Source: Macrostomum lignano
Taxonomy: Eukaryota
Reading direction: 5' to 3'
DNA: 64,000 bases
NCBI GenBank assembly: GCA_002269645.1
Contig: NIVC01003393.1
Coordinates: forward strand, 1 to 64,000
Below the pieces are notes generated by a model. That model searched no databases. It saw only the letters and a list, made by a program, of their open reading frames with translations, and had not been told where the DNA came from. A program made the translations under genes and the position numbers. Of the stretch, positions 12,112 to 25,300 are shown piece by piece (the stretch's first letter is position 1; every line of letters begins with the position of its first letter).

Positions 12112-13659
12112 GATTACGAATCAATCTAGAAATATATCAGTCACCAGAAGTAGATATTATAAAGTTTCACCCGTCATTTCTCTGAAAATAAATTTAGTGA
12201 GAGGCATATGACAGTTTTTACATGCATTTAACATCCTTTTCGACATATCCAATTTCTGATATGAAATAGCTGTAGCTGTAAACTAAACCTTGGTAGAGGA
12301 GTGAGAAAAGAGAAGAGAAAAGAGAGCAGTGAGCAAAGAGAAGAGAGAGAGGAGAGAAGACGAGATGATATTGTGGCGGGTGCTTAATAATAACTGTATT
12401 CACGTTGCCTTTCTTTACGCACAAATTTTGTTCCTGATAAAAAAACTTGACATCTATAAGCGTAAAAATATTATTTTCTTAGCCATAGATACTCACGTGC
12501 CATTAGTACTAGTAAATCTGTTACTTAGTGGAAATTTTGTTTAACTATGTCCGCCATTTTTGCTGAAAAACATATAAATAGAAGCGAAATAATTGACAGG
12601 AGAGTATACTCCTCGTCTAGCACTTTCTATAGTCTAGCAAAGGTTTTAATTGGACATTGCCTGACTCACTGTTCCTTCTTTAGGCGCTCAGCCCTTTTCC
12701 CAAGGCCTGTTCAGCCGAAGCATACAGCCTCTCCCCTCTCCCCAAGAAGGATCTGTTCAGCTATAAGCGTACAGCCTTTCCCCCTTCAACCCCGCAGACA
12801 CGCGCAGTAATTACCTCACCCCCCTTCCCCAGTGAACAAGAGCTTCGTCTCTCTCTTTCCCTAACCCCCAGACCCCAGAATTCGACCTGGAGTTCCGCCA
12901 ACTCCCTATCCAGACCTACTGTTGCTCAGTTATTTGGCCGAATTCTAACTTCCGACTGATCCGGTATTCCTTCCCCTACTTGGAAGCTTAACTATCAGAA
13001 ATCTTAGCCCCTTCCCCTTTTTTAGCGATTCCATTAAGTGAACTCTTCCCCATGAAATCATTCCCTATTAGCCATTAGAAATTCCCATCGTGCGATAATT
13101 CCCCAGGCAACTCTGATCCGCCGTGTAGCCCTCCTTCGGACAGCTTAACCTTTAGACAGTGTCTTGCCGCTCGGACACTCACGCCACCAGGAGCAACCAT
13201 TGGCTTACTCCTATTAGTAATAAAACTAGTATACCTTTCAGAAATTCCAAGAATCCCATTAATTCCCCATAACAGATTTGGTGTCAGCATAGAATAATTT
13301 CCCTTCCCCAAGACCCCTGTAACAGATTTTGGTTGCAGCAGTGAGAATCTTAAACAGAGAGACGGAACCCTACAACAAATTTGGTAGCAGCGTTGTGATT
13401 AAACCACAGGCGAAAGTTTACCCTGTAACAAATTTGGTAACAGCGGTGGGATTTTCTTAATAATAAACAGCCCTATAACAATATGATAGATAAGATGGGA
13501 AAAGAAAGGAGAGAGGAAAGAAAAGAGAGAAGAGAGCAAAGAGGAGAGAAGTTTCAAAGGACTTGAGGGACGTAGAGAGAGCTGGCAGAAGCCAGAAGCC
13601 AGCGTTTGCCAACGCATGCTTTAGAGTTAGACAGATGCAAAAATAGCTCCATTGATTCG

Positions 13660-13810
13660 AATTCAGCAGTTTCAAAGTCCGCGGATTTCAACAACTATAG
13701 TATCTAAATTTTGGCGAAAACGCAATTAAAATTGGTCAAGAATTGCAATCTGTAGAGCGTCATGGACATACAAACAAACTAATATGAGAGATTTAGTATA
13801 TTTAGATAAA
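13660..13810 (+). mobile_element. Possible non-autonomous Helitron-like 3' remnant
   Basis: aaaattggtcaag...acatacaaacaaac...tttagtatatttagAT resembles such 3' ends; pattern resemblance only. Confidence 0.25.
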
Positions 13811-14237
13811 TTAGAGTTCATCATACAACTCATGATGTTTTTTGAGAGAAAACTCACATGTTTTTATAAGGCTGACAGATCAAACGACTGTGATTGCGTT
13901 ATATTATAGGTTGTTTAATGATGTTTAATTTTTACCAGGTCTTTCTTTATCAGGGATAATGATTGAAAAGCACGCTAATCTAGAAGTCGATTCAAAAGCG
14001 CGTCAAAAATTGAAAAAACGCGGTTTTAATAATATCTTAGTTAAAACAAATCTAAAATCAATTTTTTTAAATTAGCATTTAATTGCTGCATAACTACAAT
14101 AATTTTACTAAAAAACAAAAATATATTAAAACTACAATAAATTAATTAGAGTATTTTATACAAGAAACGCCCTAAATTTTGGATTCGTAGAATCTACGTA
14201 GAAACTTTCCCAAAGCTTTAATAACGAGAAATACCTA

Positions 14238-14663
14238 GTGAAAAAGCACCTCAAGATACACAGAGAAAGAGAACTTAGCCAAAAGCTAGAGAATCAGCAA
14301 CATATTAAACTCTACAAAAACGCCTATCTCTACAAAAAAATCTGCAGGCCCGACCTTTCAGATTACTTTCCATGCACTTTTAGAAACAAAAAATTCCTAA
14401 CAACCCTCCTAAAACTGAAATGCGAAATTACACCCAACATTTTATCTCATGAAGCATGTAGACTGTGTGGAGCGAGAAATGGTTCCGATATCCTACACTA
14501 CTTGACCGAATGTCCACAAACTGAAAAGATCAGAAAAAAATACTTCTGTCAGTACCTCTTAAATGACAAGCAAGTACACAAGTTAGGATATGCTACAAAT
14601 GAAAAAAGAGTCAGAAAAGAGCTCACTGGTGTAGCTAAAATATATGAAGTCATGAATAGCTAA
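14238..14663 (+). mobile_element. 3' fragment of a non-LTR retrotransposon ORF2 (C-terminal zinc knuckle)
   Basis: CRLCGARNGSDILHYLTEC (C-x2-C-x8-H-x4-C) followed by a stop and AT-rich sequence. Confidence 0.65.
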
Positions 14664-15999
14664 AACAGTTATGCAAACTGAAACAGATATATCAGCAGTG
14701 TAATAAATCCACTTTTCATTTGTTTATTCATTTACTGTCTTTTTAATTTCCTATTTAATTAGCATTTAATTAGTATTTAATTAGTTTCCCATCTAATACC
14801 TATTTAAATCGTCGTTATTCATTATTTATCAGCATTTAATTAGTATTTAATTAGTTTCCTATCTAATACCTATTTAAATCGTCGTTATTCGTTAAACGTA
14901 AAGTTCTTTCAAAGTATGTTCATGTTCGTTTTTCATGCTTTGAAATATCACACGCTTGCAAAATACTAATCTTTTTACAAAAAACACTCTTTCAAATACC
15001 TTAATAATTTTACAAATATCGTAACTTGCATCATAACTCGTGTAAAAATTTAACCTTTTGAACAAATTTAACCTTTTGAACTTAATCGTAATTAAACAAC
15101 TAATGCTAAAATATCTTAAATACACAGAAATATACTGGCCAAACAGGCTTCTTGCCTGAGCCAACTTACTACTACTACTACTACTACTAAACAATAAATC
15201 TTAGTGCATAGTGCCAGTATGCTATGCTTTGTCTAGTCCAGACTCTATTATATTATCTTAACAGAAAATTTTGCAAAGTGGTATAACTATAGCCATTTCA
15301 AATTCATTTCAAAAAGTTTATTTTAAGTATAAATTTTAAGCTTTTTCTGAAGTTTCTAGTTTTAAGCTTGTAATATAGTATTTAAACTAATGTTTATCAA
15401 TATTACTTTTCTAGTAAAGATAGTATTGGCAAGGAAGATGAAAAAGCAACCAAATTATCTGCCAAAAATATTTGGCAGATATATTTTATAGAAATAATAT
15501 ATAAGTTATAGGTAGATATTATAGCCTAGTGGTTAGCAAGGGCAGATCTAGAAAAAAATTATATGGGGCAAGCTAAAATAAGCACTATAACCTACTATTA
15601 GAAACTAGACCTTGCATAGTTATAAAGGCCAACTTTTACTGCCACAAAAAACTTAAAACTATATTTTGGTTAAAACTACAACTGTGTTGCACTGTCATTT
15701 CCAATCACTTTTGTCTCTAAAATAGAAGGCACTAACTTTATATTAACTTGAAACAAGTGAAAGTAAAAATAAAATAGGAATAGGAGAAGAAAATATTGAA
15801 ATACGGATAGAAAGACACAATAAAAATAGAAACCCACTTTGTTTGTGTATTCCCTAAAAATTATTTGAATTTTTTATAAGGGGATAGAAGCTAAAGGACG
15901 ACTGCGAGATCAAAGAAAAGGTTAGAAATAAATAAGGCAAAGCCATACAGGGATGTAAGAGAAAATATATAATGATAAGAATGCTTATAATAGCCAATG

Positions 16000-17620
16000 T
16001 GGTTGGCCATGCCTATTCCTAAAATACTGGCTTATTCAAAGTGCTAGCATTCCTAGACAATCAGGGTACTGTTTTCAATTTGGTTCTTGTTTGATATATG
16101 GCATTGATTGTATAGCCAAACATATGTAGCATTTCAATAGAGCTTTGGTTAGCAAATGTTATACTATAAGGCCATCACCTATAGGACTAATTGCTATGGG
16201 ATGGCCTACCCTGATAGTGAAATGGCACTTGCTTCTGCTAGTCTCCTCCTCCAGGATACTGATTGCTTTTCCTAGAAATGCCACAAGTCTTGGTACCTCC
16301 ATGCTAATGGTAGACAATCTAAAAATTCTAGACCAGAAGCAGTAATAAGCAAAATCCAAGTTTCTAAAACTAGCATAGCATCTTCCAACTGGCCAGGTAA
16401 GGGTTTGTTGCTGAATCCATATAGTCTATGCCATCTATGCTCTTTGAGTATATGACCATTGTCAATGGCTTTAAAACCACCTACTGCTTGCCTTTCCAAT
16501 AGACACATGGTAAGTTCACATAGGCAGCCTGCCCAGCAGTGTGTAGGAGATATATAGTATTTGTCCTACTGCTCTTCTTGTCCACAAACTTATAAGCAAG
16601 CACCTTGCCATTCCTTATAAAAGCTACTGCAGTTGTAGTTGCTGCAGCAATAGTGGGATTCTTTGATTGCTACACATAGTGCCTATGAGCCAAGTTCTAT
16701 TTGCTAGCAGCCAATGCAACATTAACCAGCTGTCTATAAACACATTGTAATTAATGTTAGAGTTCACAGTATAGCTTGGCCAAATTTTGCTCATCAACAG
16801 AAAGGTTGCTACAGTTGAGTCCTAGTCCAAATTGTATATTTGCATGTTCTGTGGAGTGAATTGCAAAATTCTATAAGTAGCCAGTCTCTAACTCACATAG
16901 GTAGTAAAGTTCTGCTCTTCTTAGTTGGGATATACTGCTTGAATATCAGACACCCTTTGTACAAGACTAGAATTTTGTTAATGGAAAAGTGCTAGTGTGG
17001 CATATAGTTATTGCTGCATACTTGCTGCAGATAGTATAAAAATGGCTAGATTTTGGCCAATGGCCTTTCCTGGACATCCATGCAGTCATAGAAACAAAGG
17101 CAATAAAGCAGCTGCTTGAATCTATCTCTTAAGAAGGCATTGGGCATGGACAGAAAGGAGTAATAGAGGGTCTTGGCTCTAGTAACTACTGATATTTGGC
17201 TTTTTGTCTATGCCTATCAACAGAACAATCCTGAATAGCTTCCTCACCTTATTATTTGTGCAATCTTTCCAGTTCTTTGCCAGCTTTGACAACTAGTGCA
17301 TTAATGCACTCCTCAAAAATCTTCCATGCCCTACAATTTGTCCAGGTCTTCATACTTGCAATAATTCCATTAGTGAGATATAGACTTAGAAACTCCTCTT
17401 TGTTTCCATTAGCTAAAGCTGGAGGCATCCAATCTAGGCAAACCCCTAGTATTCCTAGAAATTCAGCTTTATTTGGCATAGCATCTATTCTAGCCTGAAC
17501 CAACTGCCACTCTGGTACATTACCAACTTCTTTGTCTCTATGGCTTTTTCTTCTTTGCCTTCTTCTTTTATCAACTTGTCTTTCTCAATTCCATAACAAC
17601 TTAAGTAAGTGTCATTAGGC
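16000..17620 (-). pseudogene. piggyBac transposase, heavily CpG-decayed
   Basis: Multi-frame translation gives FLSLYLTNGIIASMKTWTN, IGIDKKPNISSY*SQDPLL, RDRFKQLL, KI*PFL, FSINKILVLYKGCLIFKQYIPTK, VFIDSW, GTMCSN and KP...YSKSIDGIDYMD, which is the PGBD DDD layout. Many stops are present, and TIRs could not be located. Confidence 0.85.
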
Positions 17621-19542
17621 AAAATTTTCTGGTATTCATTCTCAAATTCCATGGAAAAAGCAATATTGCAAGAAAGTGCAGTAGCCATTGAGACAAGAAA
17701 TATATAATTATAGTATAAGTGGCAAGAAAATAAGAGTCTATTTGATTGGAATTGAAAGAGAACAGTAAGTGTAGCACTGGGCCCAAAACAAGTATAATTA
17801 TAAGACAGGGGAGTGAAAATAAAAGGAGGGGTAGAATATACAACTAAAAGAGGCAAGGTTGAAGAGCCAATTAGAAGGCAGTGAGGGAGAGAAATAAAAA
17901 TAACAAGACTGAACTAGACCAATAGGGATAAAACAAAGTAAACAGAGATAAGTGCAGATAAACTAAAATGACTAAGAAAGTTGCATCAGAGAGAAACTAG
18001 AGGAAAATGTGGTGCTGTAACAGCAATTGTAACAACTATCAACTAGTGTATATCCTATTAGAAATAGGGGTGATGCCAAGCTCCACCTTTTATATCAAGA
18101 TTAATAATGACTTGAGCAAACTTGGCAAATCTTACTTTAATATTAGTATACTTTTTGCCTAGCTTGAATTTTTTCTGCAGATCTAATAAGATCTGACAGG
18201 ATTTTGCAAGAAAGTTATTTATTTTTTCTATGTAATTTTTATTTTATTTTATAATTTTAATAAATTTTTATTTTTCTTGTTATCTTGTAAGATATCATAA
18301 GAATTTCTTAAGATCTTATAAGATTTTTGAAAGATATTTTAAGTTGTTGTTTGATTTATGGCAACCTTTTAGTCTTCCTTTGGTCTGCAGATGACTGCAC
18401 AGGTTGTTCCCTGCATGTCACAACTATGTTGTTTTGTATAACTGAATGGCTGCTCTTATTAGATACAAGTTAAAATATAATAGCAGCAACTAAACTTGCC
18501 TATAGACAAGTCTGTGAAGTTAAAAAAATGAAGAAATATTATTTGAAGTTATTTGTATAATTTAGACTGCTATATAATTTGTATTTAAAAATTACTACAT
18601 GACAGATAAGCTTGATTTTAATGAGTATTTTAATATAAAAATAGAGTTAGACCAAAACTGAAACACAAAGAAAGCTGTGTAAAACATTGCAGTCAATAAA
18701 GATATTGCTAAATAATACTGTTAATTACTTGTTGCCTATTCTAGAAGGACAGTGCTAAAGAAAAAACAATGCAACTAATAGTATAAAACAAATTAGTTTT
18801 ATTCATAATAGGCAACAAATTTATTCAAAATGTAACTAGCATAGTGTAAAGAATACAAGTAACAATGACTGCACAACAATTGTGGAAAATGTACAATAAT
18901 AAACACAGTAGAAAAGGCACAATGTTCAACAAAAGGCACAGGCAGGTTGCAGATACCAGCATGACATTGCTTGTGTAAGTGTTAGCAAAACTTCCAATGT
19001 ACTAAAAATGGTCTGTCAGTATCTAGGTAGGTAGGTATGTGATTGATTTTAGCAAAAACGGCTTAACTGATTTTGTTCAAACTTGATTTAACCGATTTAA
19101 TCCTTTTTTCTTGTAATAAATCCACTTTTTTAATCCACAATAAATCCTTGTTTAGATCCATCATCAATAGCTTTACCATTGGATTCTGCATTTGGACTAC
19201 ATATTTGGTCATACTTGTTAGCTAAATTGATGGCACGTGGCACCATCAGTATCACAGTCAGAAATAATGCCTTCAGCCAAAACTTCCTTTAATCCTTGAA
19301 CCTTTGTAATGCCACTGGTGCATAGAACAGTGACCATATGCTTTTTTGGCCTTTCGTTGACAGCAATGGTTGAGCCTTGAAATGAATAATAAGTAATGTT
19401 TTTCCTGTGTTAAATTTTGTTGCTTGGCATAAGCATCCTATAGGCTGTACTTATAACTCCAGCAGAAACCTTGACTGTGTACTTGTATAGTGCAATTAAC
19501 TACATATTGCAATATCATTCAGTTGTCAAACCTTGTCAATTC

Positions 19543-20964
19543 ATGAGTATGCCAAGACAGCTAGTAAGCTACTATGACACACTTGTCACCCAATCTGATT
19601 ATGACACATTGCACGATGGCATGTGGCTAAATGACAACATCATCAGTTTTGCATTAGAATATATTGATCGCACCAAATGTCGCGGATCCAGTAATGGAAC
19701 TCAACGGATCACTCTGTTAGATCCCACTGTGTGCCAGGCTGTTAAACTTACTGGACAGGCGGTTGAACTGCTGGCTCAGCGAGATCTTAGAGCTTGTGAG
19801 TTGCTTGCTAATACAAGCCTGAATTCAATGCTATCGTTTTGTATCGATTCATCTGTATTTTTGTCTTGACATCTAGTTAATTCACTTCACATATTGTGAG
19901 TTTTAGGGGTTGGAGAGTTTTGGAGGTTGTGAATTTTGTGGTTTGTGAATTTTGGGGGTTGTGAACTTAGAGGTTTGTGAATTTATAGGTTTGAAATTTA
20001 GGGGGTTGTGAATTTACGGGTTTGTGAATTTACGGCTTTATGAATTTACGGGTTTGTGAATTAAGGCCTTTGTGAATTTACGGGTTTATGAATTTACGGG
20101 TTTGTGAATTAAGGCCTTTGTGAATTTACCGGTTTATGAATTTACGGGTTTGTGAATTAAGGCCTTTGTGAATTAAGGCCTTAGTGAATTTACGGGTTTG
20201 TGAATTAAGGCCTTTGTGAATTAAGGCCTTTGTGAATTAAGGCCTTAGTGAATTTACGGGTTTATGAATTTACGGGTTTGTGAATTAAGGCCTTTGTGAA
20301 TTTACCGGTTTGTGAATTAAGGCCTTTGTGAATTTACGGGTTTGTGAATTAAGGCCTTTGTGAATTTACGGGTTTGTGAAGTTTTGGGGGTTGTGAATTT
20401 GGGGGTTGTGAAGGTTGAGAAGTTGTGAATTTCAGAGTACCCAGCCTAGTCACTGTACAAGTACACGCGCTATTATTTAAAGCAGCCGCAGGCTCGTCCA
20501 ACACTAGAGGCCTCCTAGGCGTGGTTAGCGACAGCGATTCGCCCGACCAGCCAGGCGGCACTCACTGGTCTCTGCTGGCCATCCGCTACGTTGCCAATAG
20601 CAACGCCACCAACGGAGCCTGTAGAATTGTTGACGCTCTGCATTTCGACAGCCTGTCCGGCAACAATCGGCACTCGGCTGCTGACCTGGCCGCCGCTCTG
20701 CACCCGGCCCTGTGCGACTGTCCAAACGCATTGCCGACTGTCCGAGAGGCGGCCGGCTGCGCTAGGCAGGCCAACAGCTCCGACTGCGGCGCATTCGTTC
20801 TGCTGTACGCTGAACAGCTGGTCGACGCCGCCAGCCCGGACGATTGGCCGTTGATGTCGGCCGGCGGCGACGGTCGAGCCAGCGAGGCTGTTCGTGAGCT
20901 GCGGGCGAGATATCGGCGATTGATCGAGCAGTTGGCTGCTGATGGGCCGGTGTATAAGGATTAG
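19543..20964 (+). CDS. SENP8: NEDD8-specific protease (SENP8/DEN1/NEDP1), about 241 aa
   Basis: Exons 19543-19795 (gct t|gtgagt) and 20492-20964 (ccgcag|gc) join in frame. Motifs SYYDTLVTQSD, WLNDNIISFALEY, GGTHWSLL, HFDS and QANSSDCG give the His-Asp-Cys triad of the Ulp1/C48 family. Confidence 0.92.
19900..20430. repeat. 16-bp two-variant minisatellite filling the SENP8 intron
   Basis: Interleaved TTTGTGAATTTACGGG and TTTGTGAATTAAGGCC units. Confidence 0.9.
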
Positions 20965-21049
20965 CTGGTTGAGATTGAGATCCTGTCTGGCTTATGGTTG
21001 GGGTCATTGGCGATATTGTTATCGGAGTATATCGATTGTTTATGTGTAC

Positions 21050-21385
21050 AGATCGGCGATTCATGAGTACAAATAGGCGATTCATGAGTACAGATCGGCG
21101 ATTCATGAGTACAGATCGGCGATTCATGAGTACAGATCAGCGATTCATGAGTACAGATCAGCGATTCATGAGTACAGATCGGCGATTCATGAGTAAAAAT
21201 AGGCGATTCATGAGTACAGATCGGCGATTCATGAGTACAGATCGGCGATTCATGAGTACAGATCGGCGATTTATGAGTACAGATCGGCGATTCTCGAGTA
21301 AAAATAGGCGATTCATGAGTACAAATAGGCGACTCATGAGTACAGATCTGAGATTTATCCGTACAGATCGGCGATTCATTAGTAC
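21050..21385. repeat. 21-bp minisatellite (TTCATGAGTACAGATCGGCGA)n
   Basis: About 16 copies just downstream of SENP8. Confidence 0.92.
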
Positions 21386-21654
21386 AGATACAGATACGCT
21401 TACGAGAATAATCAATCTGTCCTTCATTGTAGAACTATTAATATCTAGTTTTTATTTAAAATGCTAGCCGGAAATTTAACTTGAAATGCATTTTCTGATT
21501 TTGTGTCAATAAAAGGATCTTTCTTAATGCTTGCTATTGTTTTTTAAAAATTGCATTGCCTTCAATACATGGCATTTTTGGCTGACATGACGTTATCATT
21601 TAAAGTGAGCCACCTTCCTACATTCTCATAATTCTACCTGTTCTCATTTTCTTA

Positions 21655-22150
21655 GATTCTCAGATTCCCCAGTTCCTCAGGTTCCCCATCAGATTCCCCA
21701 GTTCCTCAGATTCCCTATCAGATTCCCCAGTTCCTCAGGTTCCCCATCAGATTCCCCAGTTCCTCAGGTTCCCCATCAGATTCCCCAGTTCCTCAGGTTC
21801 CCCATCAGATTCCCCAGTTCCTCAGGTTCCCCATCAGATTCCCCAGTTCCTCAGGTTCACCATCAGATTCCCCAGTTCCTCAGGTTCCCCATCAGATTCC
21901 CCAGTTCCTCAGGTTCCCCATCAGATTCCCCAGTTCCTCAGGTTCACCATCAGATTCCCCAGTTCCTCAGGTTCCCAAACTCCACAGATTGCCCAGCTTC
22001 TCAGATTCCCAAGCACCTCAGATTCCCCAGCTCCTCAGATTCCCCAGCTCCTCAGATTCTCCAGCTCCTCAGATTCTCCAGCTCCTTAGATTCCTCAGCG
22101 CCTCTCATTCCCCAGCTTTTTAGATTTTCCATCTCCTCAGATTCCCCTCA
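21655..22150. repeat. 29/18-bp minisatellite (CAGATTCCCCAGTTCCTCAGGTTCCCCAT)n
   Basis: 29-bp units degrading into 18-bp units at the right end. Confidence 0.9.
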
Positions 22151-22380
22151 GTATAAAATAGGTATCTTAAAAAGGTATAGATAGATATGTATATATATAA
22201 TAGAGGGTCAATAAGTAATGTAAATTAAGCTTACATTAAGTTTTTCGCTTTTGTTTTTCAGCCCTAAAATCCATTTTCCGAACTGGCAGGGTTGGCTTTC
22301 GAATCCAACCGATCTAAGTAGTAAAATACAAGCATCCTTCCGAAGCAAGGCAAAGAAATTAGGGTGATAAAATAAAATCG

Positions 22381-25300
22381 ATGACTACGACTATCGATGA
22401 GGAAGCGGAATTGATTAGCGGCAGCTGGGCTCCGCCGAAGAGCACCCGCGAGCGCCAATACGAGAGCGCCTATAGGCGCGCACTGGCCGACGCGCTAACT
22501 TGGATTGAGCGCTCAACTGGGACGCGCCTCAGTGGCAGGCCGCAGCAACCAGACGCGGCCTACCCACCTGGTCTGTTCCGCCAGTTGCTTAGCGACGGCG
22601 TGCAGCTGTGCGAGTGAGTTCGATTCGAAAAGAAATATTCGCCTAGTTATTATCAGGGGTAGTAGTAGTAGTAGTAGTAGTATTAGAAGTAGCAGTAGTA
22701 GTAGTAGTATTATACTATTAGAAGTAGTAGTATTAGTAGTAGTAGTAGCAGCAGTAGTAGTAGTAGTAGTAGTGTTCGAAGTAATAATAGTAGTATTAGA
22801 AGTAGTAATAGTAGTATTAGTAGTAGTGAGAGTGCTCAGGGATCAGCGGAATGAGCATCACTGCTTGTCTCCTGGCTGCCTGCGGGCCCACTATCGCGAA
22901 CGCATCTGAGGTTAAAATGTTAAAATGTACAGTGTCACATGTACAAACAGCACGTGACCAAATAGGAGGAATATAAGATAACAAACACAAGCACGGTCAA
23001 GCGCAACATCGCACGCAAACCTCACAACTATTAGGCATTGGCTTATTTTATCCAGGCTATTGAACGCTCTACGCCCAGGCTGCGTGAAGAAGATTAATCG
23101 ATCGAAAAATCGTATTGCCGGCTTGGTGAGTTAACTTTTTTAACTTCCTAATCTGCAAATGGTAGCATAAGAATTAGAGCTGTTGTCTACAGAATTATTA
23201 ATGTTTCAGCATGTGGACTAAATCCATTTTTCCATACTAATCCTCTCGGCCCTCTTCACCTCTGGCACCTGTCACCCCCCACTTTGATTATCCAACTCCT
23301 CAGGTTCTTCAGATTTGAATTCGATTTTAATTTTTGCCACCCCCCTCTTTTTCAACACATTCTTTTCTGACCTTCTGCCGTCTGGCATCCTGACCCCTCT
23401 CTTGTTTCTAACACTTCCCTTCTGACCCCTTTCACTCTGACCCCCTGACCATTTTCTCTCCTGACCCCCTGACCCTTTTCTCTCCTGACCCCCTGACTGA
23501 CCCCTTTTCCCTCTGACCCCTGACCCTTTTCTCTCCTGACCCCTTTGCCTCTGACCCCTGAGCCTTTTCTCTCCTGACCCCCTGACCCCTTTTCCCTCTG
23601 ACCCTGAGCCTTTTCTCTCCTGAACCCCTGACCCTTTTCTCTCCTGACCCCCTGACTGACCCCTTTTCCCTCTGACCCCTGACCCTTTTCTCTCCTGACC
23701 CCCTGACTGACCCCTTTTCCCTCTGACCCCTGAGCCTTTTCTCTCCTGACCCCCTGACCCCTTTTCCTTCTGACCCCTGAGCCTTTTCTTTCCTGACCCC
23801 CTGACCCCTTTTCCCTCTGACCCTGAGCCTTTTCTCTCCTGACCCCCTGACTGACCCCTTTTCCCTCTGACCCCTCAGCCTTTTCTCTCCTGACCCCCTG
23901 ACTGACCCCTTTTCCCTCTGACCCCTGAGTCTTTTCTCTCCTGACCCCCTGACCCCTGAGTCTTTTCTCTCCTGACCCCCTGACTGACCCCTTTTCCCTC
24001 TGACCCCTGAGCCTTTTCTCTCCTGACCCCCTGACTGACCCCTTTTCCCTCTGACCCTGAGCCTTTTCTCTCCTGACCCCCTGACCCCTGAGTCTTTTCT
24101 CTCCTGACCCCCTGACTGACCCCTTTTCCCTCTGACCCCTGAGCCTTTTCTCTCCTGACCCCCTGACTGACCCCTTTTCCCTCTGACCCCTGAGTCTTTT
24201 CTCTCCTGACCCCCTGACCCCTTTTCCCTCTGACCCCTGAGCCTTTTTTCTCCTGACCCCCTGACCCCTTTTCCCTCTGACCCCTGAGCCTTTTCTCTCC
24301 TGACCCCCTGACTGACCCCTTTTCCCTCTGACCCCTGACCCTTTTTCCCTCCTGAGCCTTTCGCTGGGGAACTTATTTTGACAAGTTGACAAATTCATTA
24401 ATTTATATTTAATAATGTTCTGCAGCAGTGCGCGGCATCAGGGTAAGAAGTTCTCTGTTATTGACAAAAGTCTCAGAACTGCTTTCTTTGTCAATAATGA
24501 TTGATTTTTATTATTGCTGTGGCTCAATACAAAAGTTTTAAAACAATAACTATTTAGCAAATAGGATCAGTGCTAGTACTACTGCTAACTTAGTGTACTT
24601 TATTAGTACTTAATATAAATATAGCAATAATTTTCACCGTTTTGAAAGAGTGCAATCAGTTGTTACATTATAACTCTTTACAGTTCTTAACTGGACTTAT
24701 ATAACAACCAATCTAACTTTTCTTTTTGTTAATTTCTACGATTTTATAATGAGAAAATGCTTTGCTTTTTTATTACAGAATAGTTGAGCCAAGGCATGCA
24801 TTTAATTAAATGCGGTACAATTTTAGATGAATTGTTGGTATCCATTGGCGACCACAACTCTGGTCGGATTGGATCTTCTTCCGCTCTCCGCCCCCCCTCC
24901 GCTTGTTCCACGAAATTGAATCTCCAACGCGCTTGAATCTTGGCTCTTAAGTAAATTAGTCTCAATGACAGGTAGTGGTCCCCACAGATACTAAACTATA
25001 TTTAGCAAAACTACTCTGTTCAGTAGCATGAGCGTAAAAGCAACATTTATTTATTCAACTAGCTTCACTAGTGAATTTTGAGCCACTGCAAAGTTTGGCC
25101 ATAGATAAAATAAATTTTTTATTCGTCAAAGTTGACACAACCTGCTAACGATTATTTTCTCCAAATATTTTCATTTCAAGACAAAAAATAATGCAAATAC
25201 GTATGCGCTTATGCCATTGGAAACAGAAGTAGCAAGTCAAATTAGCACAAAGATAGTGCTGAGTAAACCATCTTAGGGTATTCAGTATTCCATGGTGGTC

